Of a DNA stretch of 64,000 bases, positions 38,601-49,678 are shown piece after piece. The notes beneath the pieces are model-generated. The model did no database searches. It saw only the letters and a program-made list of their open reading frames with translations, and was not told the origin of the DNA. Made by a program: the position numbers and the translations under genes. Position 1 is the first letter of the stretch; every line of letters starts with the position of its first letter. This DNA comes from Chiloscyllium plagiosum (lineage: Eukaryota): the NCBI RefSeq assembly GCF_004010195.1, contig NC_057719.1:31525468-31589467 (forward strand). The letters run 5' to 3'.

Positions 38601-40426
38601 ACAGGAACTACCTGTAGGTGGTCACAGAGGGGTATGAAAGACTCAGGCTCAGGTACAAAAACATTTTTATTGGCTTGGATTGCACAAGGATGTGGTTAAC
38701 TCTTGCCGTATGTGTCATACATGCTAAATGGGAGGTAAGCCAAGGGCAGTAACAAAACCAGCACCTTTGTTGCCGATTTCTGCATTTGAAGAACCTTTCA
38801 TACTGGTTATAATTCATAGTATAGGTCCCCTCACAAAACTAGAAGTGGGAACCAGTACTTGTTAACCATAATGGATGTGTCTACCAGATTTCCAGAGGTA
38901 ATTCCATAACAGTATCAAGGCAAAAAGGGTGGTAGAGGAGTGGTTAGCTTTCTTCTTCTGGTATGGGCTACCCAGAGAGATTCAGCCGGACCAAGGGTCA
39001 AACTTTATTGCTAGGTTGTTTAAGGAGGTTATGGATAGCTTAGGTATACAGCACTCTTGGGAGCATAGAATGCAGTTGAAAGCTTTGTTACGGCAGTATG
39101 AGGACAAATGTAAGAATTAGATGGGGAGGACTAATGCTGTTGTACATAAATACTGCTCTCTGTGGGCTTAATCCTTTCAAAGCCAGACAAGTCCGGAAGG
39201 AGGTGGAGGCAATGCTCAACAACTGAGTTAGAGCGAGTGGAGTTTGCCGATTGTCTTAATTCCCAAACTGGACAAGAGGCAACAATTGTGTGTGGATTAT
39301 CGGAAGGTCAACGTCATTACAAAATCTGACTTCTATCCAATACCAAGATTGGAGGACTGTGTCAAGAAAGTTGGACAAGCCAGTTACATCGCCAAGTTGG
39401 ACTTAGTGGTTACTGGCAGATACCTTTACCAGAGACTGCGAAAGAAATTTCTGCATTTGTAACCCCAAATGGGCTATATCAGTCAAAGTGATGCCCTTTG
39501 GAATGAAGAACGCATGCACCACCTTCCAAAGACTCATGAACAGAGTTGTGGTTGGGTTAACAAACTATGCAGTCTATTTGGATGATGTAGTGATCTTTAG
39601 TAAGTCCTGGAAAGATCACATCTACAGTTGACAGAGCTCTTTGAATGACTATGAAAAGCAAAACTGGTAATAAACTTAAACAAAATTGAATTTGCAAAAG
39701 CAGAGGTGACTTTCTTGGGATGTATCATCGGTCATGGAAAGTTGATCCCTCGGAACACAAAGACTAAGGGCATCGAGAAATTTCCATGACCAACCTCTAA
39801 GAGGTGCTTCGATTCTTGGGACTAAGTGGATTCTATCGGAAGTTTGTTCCAAACTTCAGCAGTGCAGTGGCACCGTTAATCAATTTGCTGAAGAAGAGCA
39901 CAAAGTTTTGGTGGACCGAACAATGCTAGGAGCCATTTGACCATTTGAAAGCATTATTAACCACCACACCAGTTTCAGCTACACCAAACCTTTTAAAGTT
40001 GCCATTGATGCTAGTGACATTGGAGTTGGAGCTGTACTGCTACAGGAAGATGAGGATGGGATTGAATTGCCAGTTGGTTACTTTTCAAAGAAACTCAATA
40101 TCCTCCACGATCAAAAAAAAGAACTATCGAGTTTGGTACTGGCCTTGCCTTACAACATTTTAATGTGTAGGTCACGAACAATGTTACATTCTTAGTCTCA
40201 TATCCTTGTCTTTAGAGTTCCATGTTGTTGCAGTCTTATGCTACAGACTTTTAATTGATATATTGTACATGTTGCAGGTCGTAAGAATGTAATCGCGGAT
40301 TTAATTGAAATAGTCACCTCTGGCATAGTTCTTTGCCTCTCGAATTTTAACAGATTAAGACGTGAGGTGAACTTTTTCTGTGTAGCTGGTTTAAATTAGC
40401 AAAGGGGTTTACCCCCTGTCGTAACA
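35665..40426 (+). mobile_element. Gmr1-like Ty3/gypsy LTR retrotransposon, degraded (gag, IN, RT, RH order)
   Basis: TGT...ACA ends with CTAA TSD (35661-35664, 40427-40430). 5' LTR to about 36515; truncated 3' LTR about 40310-40426. LLEQF at 37432, integrase GH..CxxC and DQGSNF (38620-39006), LCVDYRKVN, YLDD at 39575, DASDIGVGAVL near 40008. Confidence 0.92.
36141..36407 (-). mobile_element. Penelope-like element 3' fragment inside the 5' LTR
   Basis: Minus strand encodes SNQSSINKHIDLDPIYH (Penelope C-terminus-like), followed by a hammerhead-type region; absent from the related solo LTR. Confidence 0.7.
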
Positions 40427-41164
40427 CTAAGCATCTGTTCTCAGTGCACTCTGGTTGATTTGGCTAGTTCTCATTAAACTCTTTCTGTCCCCACATTGTA
40501 GATTAATGGCAGGTGGAATTTAACCCTGATAAATGTAAGTTAATTCAGTTTGGAATGGGTCAAGGAAGTACTCAATAAATGGCACAACACTAGGAAGCTC
40601 AGTGGAATACAGGAATCTTGGGGTGCTTGTTCACGGATCTCTGAAGGTACCAGGATAGGTTAGTAAGGTAGTTGTGACATAGATTAGAAGAGCTGTACAG
40701 AACTTTGGTTACACCAGAGCTGGAGAACTGTGTACAGTTCTAGTCACCACATTAAGATGACCAACTTTTGAGTGCTGTTCTTTCATCTACTTCCTAAATT
40801 CTCCTTTTTCTACCTGTGTTGTTGGTGCTGGTCTGTACCACAATCTGTTTGCCCTCCCCTTTCAGAATACCCTGGCATGGAGCTCTGCTACTGAGAGTTC
40901 CATTAAGTTATTGAACATGTAATATGTTTTGGGTGACAGTGTTCCTTTTGAGTTACACTGTTCACTTCTTGATTTTCACACATCTTTGAGATTTTTCCTA
41001 AGTCTTCTACTATGAAAATAACTAATCAAAGTCCCACCATTTTCTTGTATTCAGACTTTCTCTCAAAAGATTAACACCAGCTTTAGTTACTCTCTTCCGC
41101 TTTAAATATTTGTAGAAACTTTGTTATCAGAGCCCTCAAATTTAATTGGGACATTTGAAATGAT

Positions 41165-41248
41165 CAGTCAAGAGTGGTGCTGGAAAAGCACAGCAGGTCA
41201 GGCAGCATCCGAAGAGCAGGAAAATCGATGTTTCGGGCAAAAGCCCTT
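41165..41248 (-). mobile_element. Penelope-derived short repeat fragment
   Basis: Same family as the 7147, 19195 and 20992 copies. Confidence 0.75.
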
Positions 41249-41505
41249 AATTTCATAAAGGCGAAAGAAAGTATTCCCGATTATCAGCCTCTTCTAAAGC
41301 CTTCTTCCTCACTAACAACCACAGAAATATTTGTTCATTCTCAAATGTTATAATCAGTCTCTAAACCCCTATTTATACCTGAATCACTGACAACTACAAA
41401 GAGCCAGGGCATTGCCTTATGGAACACAATACATATTAATAATTAAAATATCAGGCAATAAAGAGGTGGCAGCAATTTAGAATTAATAATCTTGTTTTCA
41501 CTTAC

Positions 41506-41643
41506 ATCAAAAAATGCTCCAGTTATGCCTTTCTCCTGTAAACTGTAAAGCAATGGATTAACAAAACCAAGAGCTGGAAGACCTTTCTGGAACCGGCGAT
41601 CATTTATGAGGGCCAAGATCCCACTAAAGACTGGGGTTGAGGC
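41506..41643 (-). CDS. TPP1: TPP1 exon 12 equivalent
   Basis: Encodes ASTPVFSGILALINDRRFQKGLPALGFVNPLLY...AFFD; ctgcAG and GTAAGT sites; 138 bp, phase 0/0. Confidence 0.95.
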
Positions 41644-41829
41644 CTGCAGAGAAAAACAAAGTTACACAATTCCATTAAATAAAGTCATTTGGCAAATTAA
41701 TTAGCTTTTCAGATCTTCATGAATTCAGTCAATGTAGCAATCCGTAGCAATGATTGAACTCGAAATATGATGAACATGGACCTTGTGGATAAATTTGATC
41801 TTTGACTTTCATGATAATTTTTATATAAC

Positions 41830-42662
41830 AGCTTCCCAAATCTCAATTTACAAGTTTGTCAAAGATAACACCATTGTGGGTCATATCTTAAACAAAGACG
41901 AGACAGAGTACAGAAAGGGGTGTAATGGTGTAAACACAACAATCTCTTCCCTCAAAGTCTGCAAAATGAAGGAGGTGGTCATTGACTTTGGGAAGCAGAT
42001 TGGAGGAACACACTCTGTATGAATGGTGCTGAGGTGGAGATGGTACAGAGTTTCAAGTTCCTAGGAGTAAACATCACTAATCTATCCTGGTCTATCCATA
42101 TTATTGCGACAGTCAAGAAAGCACAACAGTGCCTCTATTTTCTCAGAAGGTGAAGGAAATTCAGCATGTCTACAAAGACTCTTACCAGTTTTTATACATG
42201 CACCATAGAAAGCATCCTATCTGGATGCTTCACAGTATGGTATGGAAAATGCTCTTCCCACAACCACAAGAAAGTTGTGAATGTAGCCCAATACATCATG
42301 CAAACCAGCCTTCCTTCCATTGACTCCATCTCGATGCCTTGGGAAAGTAGCCAACATAATCAAAGACCCCTTCCACTTCAGTTGTACTGTATCCATCCTC
42401 TTCTATAAGGCAGAGGATACAAAACTTTGAAAATATTAACAGATTCAGACACACCTTCTTCCACGCTGTTATCGGACATTTGAATGGATCTCTCATAAAT
42501 AACTTGATCTTTCTCTGCACCTTCTGTGCAGCTGTAATACAAACTCTGCATTTGGTTTCATGACCATGATGTACTTATGTAAGGTATGATTTGTGTTGCT
42601 TGCTATCCAGACAATATTTTTTAAATGTATCTCAGTACATGTGACAATAATAAATCAAATCT
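41830..42662 (+). mobile_element. Rex1/Babar-like LINE 3' fragment
   Basis: KMKEVVIDFGK, FKFLGV, LYFLR and FYTCTIESILSGCFTVWYG; AATAAATCAAATC tail. Confidence 0.8.
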
Positions 42663-42759
42663 TTCCCATCTCACATTTCAAAATGAGCTTGACTTGTGAT
42701 GCCAGTATAAAGTTTGCATGAAGATAAAATATGAACATGAAGATAATGTTATGAACAAT

Positions 42760-43600
42760 GGCAAATGGAATGAATCCTGAAAAGTGTGAGGTGATATATT
42801 TTGGGAGGGCTAGCAAGGCAAGAGAAGACACTATGAATGGGAGCACCTTATGACGTTCAGAGGATCAGAGGGATCTTGGTTGGCATGGGCACAGCTCCTT
42901 CAAGGCAACAGGACAAGTAGGCAAAATGATTAAGGAGGCAAATGCCTTTATGAGCAGAGAATTGAGTTTATGATGGAGTAAAGGTATTAGTTAGGCCATA
43001 GCTGCAGAACAAAATGCAGTTCTGGTCACCAGACCCTCAGACAGAGTGCAGAGGAGACTCACCAGGACACCTGGGATGGAACAATTAAAATATGAAGACA
43101 GACTTGGTAGTTTGGGGTCATTTTCTTTGGAGCAGAGAAGCCTGAGGGGGTGATGGGTGAGCTGCACAAAATTGAGGACATAGGTAGGAAGACATTTTTC
43201 CCCCTTAGCACAGGGGTCAATAACCATGGATCATAGATTTAAGACTACGGGTTGAAAGAGGATTTAAGGAAGAAAGTTTTCACCCAGAGAGCAGTGTGTG
43301 CCTAGACCCACTGTCTGAAAAGTGTGTTGGAAGCAGAAACCATGAAAAATATTTACAGAAGTATTTCAATGATCATTTGAAGAAATAGAGCATTCAAAGC
43401 TAGGGGAAAAGGACTCTCGTATTGCAGTTGTAGTGCCCATAGGTTTGGACCAGGAGGCCCACTTCAAGTCCCACCTGCTTTAGAGGTGAGTAATAATATC
43501 TCCGAACAATCTTGATAAAGATTATGGGGCAAGTGAAGTAAAATGGGACGAGAGAGGCGTTTGTTCACCAGCATGGACATGCTGTAAAACTGTGTAACTC
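42760..43600 (+). mobile_element. Old CR1 3' fragment with a short SINE at about 43410-43510
   Basis: NPEKCEVIYFGR and FTQRAV motifs. Confidence 0.7.
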
Positions 43601-43603
43601 TAC

Positions 43604-44192
43604 ATAGAGTCAGAGATGTATAGCACAGAAACAGACCCTTCAGTCCAACTCGTCCATGCTGACCAGATATTTCTAACCTAATCTAGTCCCATTTGCTAGT
43701 ACTTGGCCCATTTCCCTCTACATCTTTCCTATTCATATACCCATCAAGATGCCTTTTTAAGTGTTGAACTGTACCAGCTTCCACACTTCCTCTGGCAGCT
43801 CATTCCATACATGCACGACCTACTGCGTGAAAACGTTGCCCCTGAGGTCCCCTTTTATAACTTCTCCCTCTCACCCTAACCTATGCCCATTAGTTCCCAC
43901 CCCAGGAAAAAATACTTTTTCTATTTATTCTATCTATGCCCCTCAAGATTTTGTAAATCTCTACGGTCACCCTTTAGCTTCCGACGCTCCAGGGAAAACA
44001 ACCCCAGCCTATTCAGTGTTTCCCTATAGCTCAAATGCTCCAACCCTGGCAAAGTCCTTGTAAATCCTTTCTGAACCCTTTCAAGTTTCACAACATCCTT
44101 CTGATAGGAAGGAGACCAGAACTGCATGCAATATTCCAAAAGTGGCCTAACCAACATCCTGTACAGCCGCAACATGACCTCCTAACTCCTAT
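43604..44192 (-). mobile_element. CR1 3' fragment
   Basis: ORF 43930-44175, LYRMLVRPLLEYCMQFWSP. Confidence 0.9.
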
Positions 44193-44592
44193 ACATCTGG
44201 AAATTTGTTTTTTTAATCTGTTTTATGAAAATGTTGCCTTACGTGGTCACTGTGCTTTTCTATCCAGGTTCAAAATAGAGAAGCACAATGCTGATGAGGA
44301 GTTCTGAACTTTCTGCATAAATTCCCTACTAGCCTCATCCCAACATCGCAGTTGCAACGTGACTGCCCTCTCCCATTCACTGATCTTCCAGTTGAATTTC
44401 CAATTGTTTGATGTGATCCATTGAGTCCTAGGGTAATTTAAAGATATTTTCCCCATAACTCCCAGTGAACTAAGACTAGAAAAACAAAATAAGCCTGTGC
44501 ATAATGGGGCCTCATGCACAACCTCAACTGCTCACATACAATTGTGGGTTTGGAAAGAGGTTCTTTGCAGAGTGTAAAATAAATTAACTTAC

Positions 44593-44751
44593 TGACGTCC
44601 CAGAAATCCATGGAATTGGGATTAGGTTGCTTACAATCCAGTAGTTATCGGATAGAGCTGCTACATCAGGATAGGCACGGCCACTAACATTATAGTATGT
44701 AGCTGGGGGAAGTGATTTCATCCTTCTGAGGTAAGAATTCACAGCAGCAGC
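44593..44751 (-). CDS. TPP1: TPP1 exon 11 equivalent, ending at the catalytic Ser (GTS)
   Basis: Encodes ...[31 protein letters not shown]; acAG and GTAAGT sites; 159 bp. Confidence 0.96.
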
Positions 44752-45039
44752 CTGTAAAATTAATTTGAATATTACCCATCATTTATTTGCAACTATATAA
44801 CAGATCTATTTATATCATTTCAAGAGAAATGTAGATTTTTAAAACTGATTCACACCTTGTAATGAACACTATATCTTTGAGATAATTGGGTATTTTATCC
44901 TGAGTTTGTTTTGAGAACTGGTTAATAAAATTAATCATTGGACTCTTTGGTCTCCAATGCATGACTGCTCATTGGCAAAAGTGCAATGATGAAAATTCAA
45001 GTTCAAAACATTTCATATCCCTGATATTTGTCTCAGTGT

Positions 45040-45510
45040 TGTAGAAAAGATGTTGTGAAACTTGAAAGGGTTCGGAAAAGATTTACAAAGGATGTTGCTA
45101 GGGTTGGCAGATCTGAGCTACCGAGAGAAACTGAATAGGCTGGGGCTGTTTTTCCTGGAATGTCAGAGGTTGAGGAGTGACTTCCAAAACGTTTATAAAA
45201 TCATCAAAGATTGAGGAAAAGACCTTGACTATTCATCCTGAAGGCACAGGTTTAAGGTGAAAGATTTAAGAGATCCAAGCGACAACTTTTTCCACACAGA
45301 GGGCAGTGCATGTGCAGAATGAGCTTCTAGATGTGGTAGTAGAGGCTGGTACAATTACATTTAAAAAGCATCTGGATGAGTATATAAATAAGAATGGTTT
45401 TGAGGGATATAGGCAAATGCTGGCAAATGGGATTAGATTAATAATATGCAGTTGCCATAGATGAGTTGGACCAAAGGGTCTGTCTCCATGCTGTATAACT
45501 GTGACTCCCA
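45040..45510 (+). mobile_element. CR1 3' fragment
   Basis: KDVVKLERVRKRF start; collinear with 62670-63175. Confidence 0.85.
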
Positions 45511-46594
45511 TGGTTGAACAACATGCATATGTTGAACATTCAAGAAGCAAAAGACACATTGGGGTGAATTTTCTCAGCACCTGAACAACATGGGCAAGGG
45601 TGAATCAGTTGGGAAACTATGGGAAGATCAGAAAAACAAGGTTTTGACATTAAGAAAACAGAATCGGATATTACATTCAAGTTTTAAATGGGGAGATGAG
45701 AACCTCATTCATGAATGGTGACAGGTCTATTTGCATGCATTAGTACCTGATCTCATGAAATTTCTGTGCACTTAACTATTCTGCCATGGGCTGCACAGAA
45801 AAAAAACAAGCAGCACCAATTCCGGTTATGAAAGTCAAGTTGTGTACCTAGCGACTCCAGGTCATGAGTTGCTCCCTGGGACAGCAGACCCTCAAACTTC
45901 AGTTCATGCTCTGTGCACATACAATGCCTATTTACACACATGACCTGGAACGCTGCTGCCAGGACATTGTGCATGCAGGGACAAATACCCAGCTCACAGA
46001 TTAGACCAGCTGCATCTCCGAGCTCTTCACTTTATCTCTTAGTGGTCACGGTGTAGATTAAGCACCCCAGCCCCAAGTATTCCCAACCATATATGTAAAC
46101 ATCCATGACTCAATGACTATGACTCTTACAGTGTTTAGGCTTTATTTGAGAGGCACAAGCAATGTCTTTCAGCCTGAAAAGACTCACTTTAGTTGCCAAA
46201 GTAACAATGATGTTCCAAGATCCCAGATGCAGCACAAGGTGCAGAAACAGCTCACTTCACATCTGAAACCATAAAACATCTGCACCATTATCCCATATAG
46301 CCTTTCTTGAACTGGAGGCAGGTGAGGGGTCCTAATTATTGCTGCCACATCATTATCCTGTCTGACATGCTGCCTACAATGGGTTAACTTCCTGTATCTA
46401 TTTGAGTGCAGTTGTTGTGGGTAGGTTTGTCAGTGCAATCCAAATTCCCAGCTCGGCAAACATACCCACAACAACTACAACTGGCACCTGAGCTACATAT
46501 CTTTACATGAACCTATTTTGGGTGAATCTAAGTCTGCATCATGTGGGAATAGAAAGCCATCTTCAGTAAAAGAAAACCAACAAGGTATACTTAA

Positions 46595-46715
46595 CTGATA
46601 GTCTGGCATCTTAAACACATTACTGAATCCACCACCACTGATGTAATCTGTGACCTCCAATGTAATTTGAAAGGGATTCTTGAAAGACGTTCCTCCCACA
46701 GTTGTGACATATGGA
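46595..46715 (-). CDS. TPP1: TPP1 exon 10 equivalent; donor reads TTAAGT instead of GTAAGT
   Basis: Encodes (S)[40 protein letters not shown]; 121 bp; acceptor canonical, donor non-canonical. Confidence 0.93.
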
Positions 46716-48108
46716 CTGAAAGAAGTTTAGTAATTGGTTACGGCTGGGCAGCACATACAATAAGCATATTTATTCCAATGGCATTTTCTATGATATGATC
46801 TTTTTCTGAAAGTTTTAATAACTTCAACAATTAGTGACCTTAAAGTGATGCCTTCTGCATGGATATAACTGACGAAAATAAAGGTTAGAAGTTACATAAT
46901 AAATGGTTACACAACTGAATAAAACAATGTGCAGTGATCCTCAACTGACTGATCATATCATCTTGCCTAAAGACTGTATTAACTATCAGAGCAAGTAGTG
47001 ACAGTAGGGGGTGTCACAGCACTTGAAACGTTAATTCTGCTTTCTGTCCACAGGTGCTGTCAGACCTGCTGGGTTCTTCCAGCAATTTCTGTTTTTGATT
47101 CAAATAGTCAAAATTTGTATTTCTTAGTACTATTTTACAATATTGGCTGCATTCTTCAATATTCCTGTAACCCCCAGCACTCACCTGCTTTGATTTTGAG
47201 GTAGACTTAAGCCTAACTTTCCATATCTCACTTATTCATATTTGATGGCAGCCTGTTTAAATGTTCAAATCAGGTTAATTATACCACCTCAAATCAATGT
47301 TCAGCAACAAAGGGCAAGCTATAACAAGCACTGAACTGACTAACCAGTTGGGGGATGGAAATAGGAGCTTGACTACACAAAGATTTTCTGTCTCATTCTT
47401 GTGCCTCTGTGGTGGGTAACTACCACCACTCTGCACCCCCCCCCAGCTGAATTAGAAATGATTTGAGACTTTATTTTGGCTTTGGGTTGGTGCCTTAATC
47501 ACTCTGGCTGCCAATTGAAAAATTTTTCCTGATATTTCCTCCTGGCTTTCCTACTCTAGTTTCTTCTGATTTAGTCATGACATGCCAGCCCCTTCCACTG
47601 GGTTTCTGGCTGTGTCGTGCTGTAACCAATAATTAGGTCAGGTTGCAGGGGGATGAATCTTATCAATGTTGGTTCCCTTAGTGTGGGCAAACATTTCACC
47701 TCTGACATGTTCCACACTGGCAAGCTAAGCAATGGAAATTGTGAACAACAATATTGATCTATGCTTTTCCGTGCCCTGGACTGCCAGTGCACTGTTTCTG
47801 ATCTTTACAAATTCTAGTTTGGCATATTAGAATTCACAGTTAGTTCTTCAATAAACATATTAGGTCAGAATAAACTCAGCATTTCAAGCTCTACCTAGAA
47901 CGTTAATGAATGAATTAAATTATTGCTGGAGAACAATTATGGATTTTGAAATGATAAATATAATTTCAAGTGTCACTTGTGGTTCAGGAAAAGTAAAATG
48001 AATATTTATGAGCTATAAAACTCATGCGTTTTAATGATGCAAAGCAAGTAGCTTACTGAATATTACCTACCCCCCCCATTAGGAAGCTGCAGTGTATTGG
48101 GACATTAC

Positions 48109-48181
48109 CTAGATGCAGGAAAGCTTGGTCTGAAGGTATTTATTCCTCTTCGAACTTCTCTGCAGCCTGCACCATCATCAC
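48109..48181 (-). CDS. TPP1: TPP1 exon 9 equivalent (oxyanion Asp, GDDG)
   Basis: Encodes (G)DDGAGCREVRRGINTFRPSFPAS(S); acAG and GTAATG sites; 73 bp. Confidence 0.93.
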
Positions 48182-48481
48182 CTGTCCATAAGGCAAATGA
48201 GTGTTAAAATTTAACTGGCATCACGCCTTTCATGAGCTTTTACAACTGAAAGTTTAAAGTTTAGCAACTTTCACCTTAATTTTAATTTATCTGTCTCAGT
48301 TAATCATATTATAGGTCATCCCTTCATTTGCAATTCAGTTGACACTTTACTCACACCATGTAACACTTTTGATTACCTGCAGAGACTTATTATTCAGACT
48401 GTCAACATTACAACCACACCGTGTGTGTGACCTTTTGATCTCTCTGCCAATAAATTATGTGCCTGTGTTCTTCTCTTTACT

Positions 48482-48518
48482 CCACCTGATGAAGAAGCAG
48501 AACTCCGAAAGCTTGTGG
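48482..48518 (+). ncRNA. Minimal hammerhead ribozyme motif within a Penelope-type terminal repeat (about 48400-48560)
   Basis: CCAC-CUGAUGA-A-GAAG-cagaa-CUCC-GAAA-GC-UU-GUGG: stem I CCAC/GUGG, stem II with one mismatch, palindromic AGCU stem III. Confidence 0.65.
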
Positions 48519-48654
48519 TTTCAAATAAACCTATTGGACTATAACTTGATGTCATATGACATGTTTAAGCTAATCGAATTCCCTTCTACTTCACCAACCA
48601 AGTATCGAATAATGTGACAACAACACAGTAGTTAACATGGTACCAATGAACTAC

Positions 48655-49370
48655 AAGTAGGAGCAGGCCATTCAGTTCTTTAAGCCTACTGTAACATTTG
48701 ATAAAATCATGGGTGATCTGATTGTGGCCTCAGTTCCACTTTCCAGTATATTCTTGATATGATTCAACACGAATGTCAGTCAAGAATGTAACTACTGCTG
48801 CTTTAAAAATAGGAGAGTTCCACAGACAGATGATCCTCAGAGAAAATGTTTCCTCATCTCCATCATAAATAGGAGACCCCTTATTTTTAAACTGTTTTCT
48901 AAGTTTAGTCTCTCCCATAAAGGGAAACATCCTTTCAAGATCCACCGTCAAGATGACAGCTCAGTACCACCTTTGAGGTCAAATAGGCATGGACAATGCT
49001 CAACCAGCAATGCCCACTTCCTTTGAATGAATAAAGTTCTTTCAGGATCTTATTTGCTTCAATAAGATAATCTCTTATTCTTCTAAGCTACAATGGCTAC
49101 AGATTCAACCTGTCTAACTTTTCCAAAAGATAATCCCTTTATCCCAGGAATCAGTTAAGTTAACCTTCTCCAAGCAGCTTCTAAACCACTTATCTTTTCT
49201 TAAATACAGAGACCAAAACTGTACATAGCACCTTAGATGTGATCCCATCAATCAATCTGTAGCAAAACATCCTACTTTCAAATTCTATTCCTCTTGCAGT
49301 AAAGTACCATTTGCTATTTGTCTCCCAGTCTCAGGTCACCCACATCTCTCTGTACGTCAGAGTTCTGCAA
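48655..49370 (-). mobile_element. Old CR1-like 3' fragment
   Basis: Similar to 5600-6250; LERMFPFMGETK. Confidence 0.65.
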
Positions 49371-49491
49371 GTTGTGTTGAATTTTTAGAAAAGACACTCT
49401 TGATTCCAAGTTCGTGTATATCATGTGAAGACACAAGTGGAAAGAAAAACTCACTTTAGAAGCTATTTCATACAAAATTTAAAACACTTAC

Positions 49492-49678
49492 CAGAAGCAA
49501 AGAGTAATGTGAGTCCACGGACACCTGACTTCATGAACTCCGTGTTGATTCGGTCCAAATACGCCAAAGATACTGTCCTCATCATCTCCATAACTGACAG
49601 AGTGGACCCATGGAATTGATGACATGTTACTCAGTAACATCATCCAATCTAGAAAGGGTTCCTGGGATTCATGTCTTC
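49492..49678 (-). CDS. TPP1: TPP1 exon 8 equivalent with an internal 2-bp deletion (frameshift)
   Basis: [35 protein letters not shown] in one frame, then [26 protein letters not shown] in another. Length 187 bp, but the phase 1/1 flanks need a multiple of 3. Confidence 0.93.

Noticed and set aside
46590..49580. Idea that the 2-bp deletion and a donor 1 nt early (CA|GTTAAG) compensate to -3
   Set aside because: The shifted frame hits TGA at the start of exon 9, before any compensation.
49560..49580. Programmed ribosomal frameshift in TPP1
   Set aside because: No slippery heptamer or stimulatory structure seen; a simple deletion explains it.
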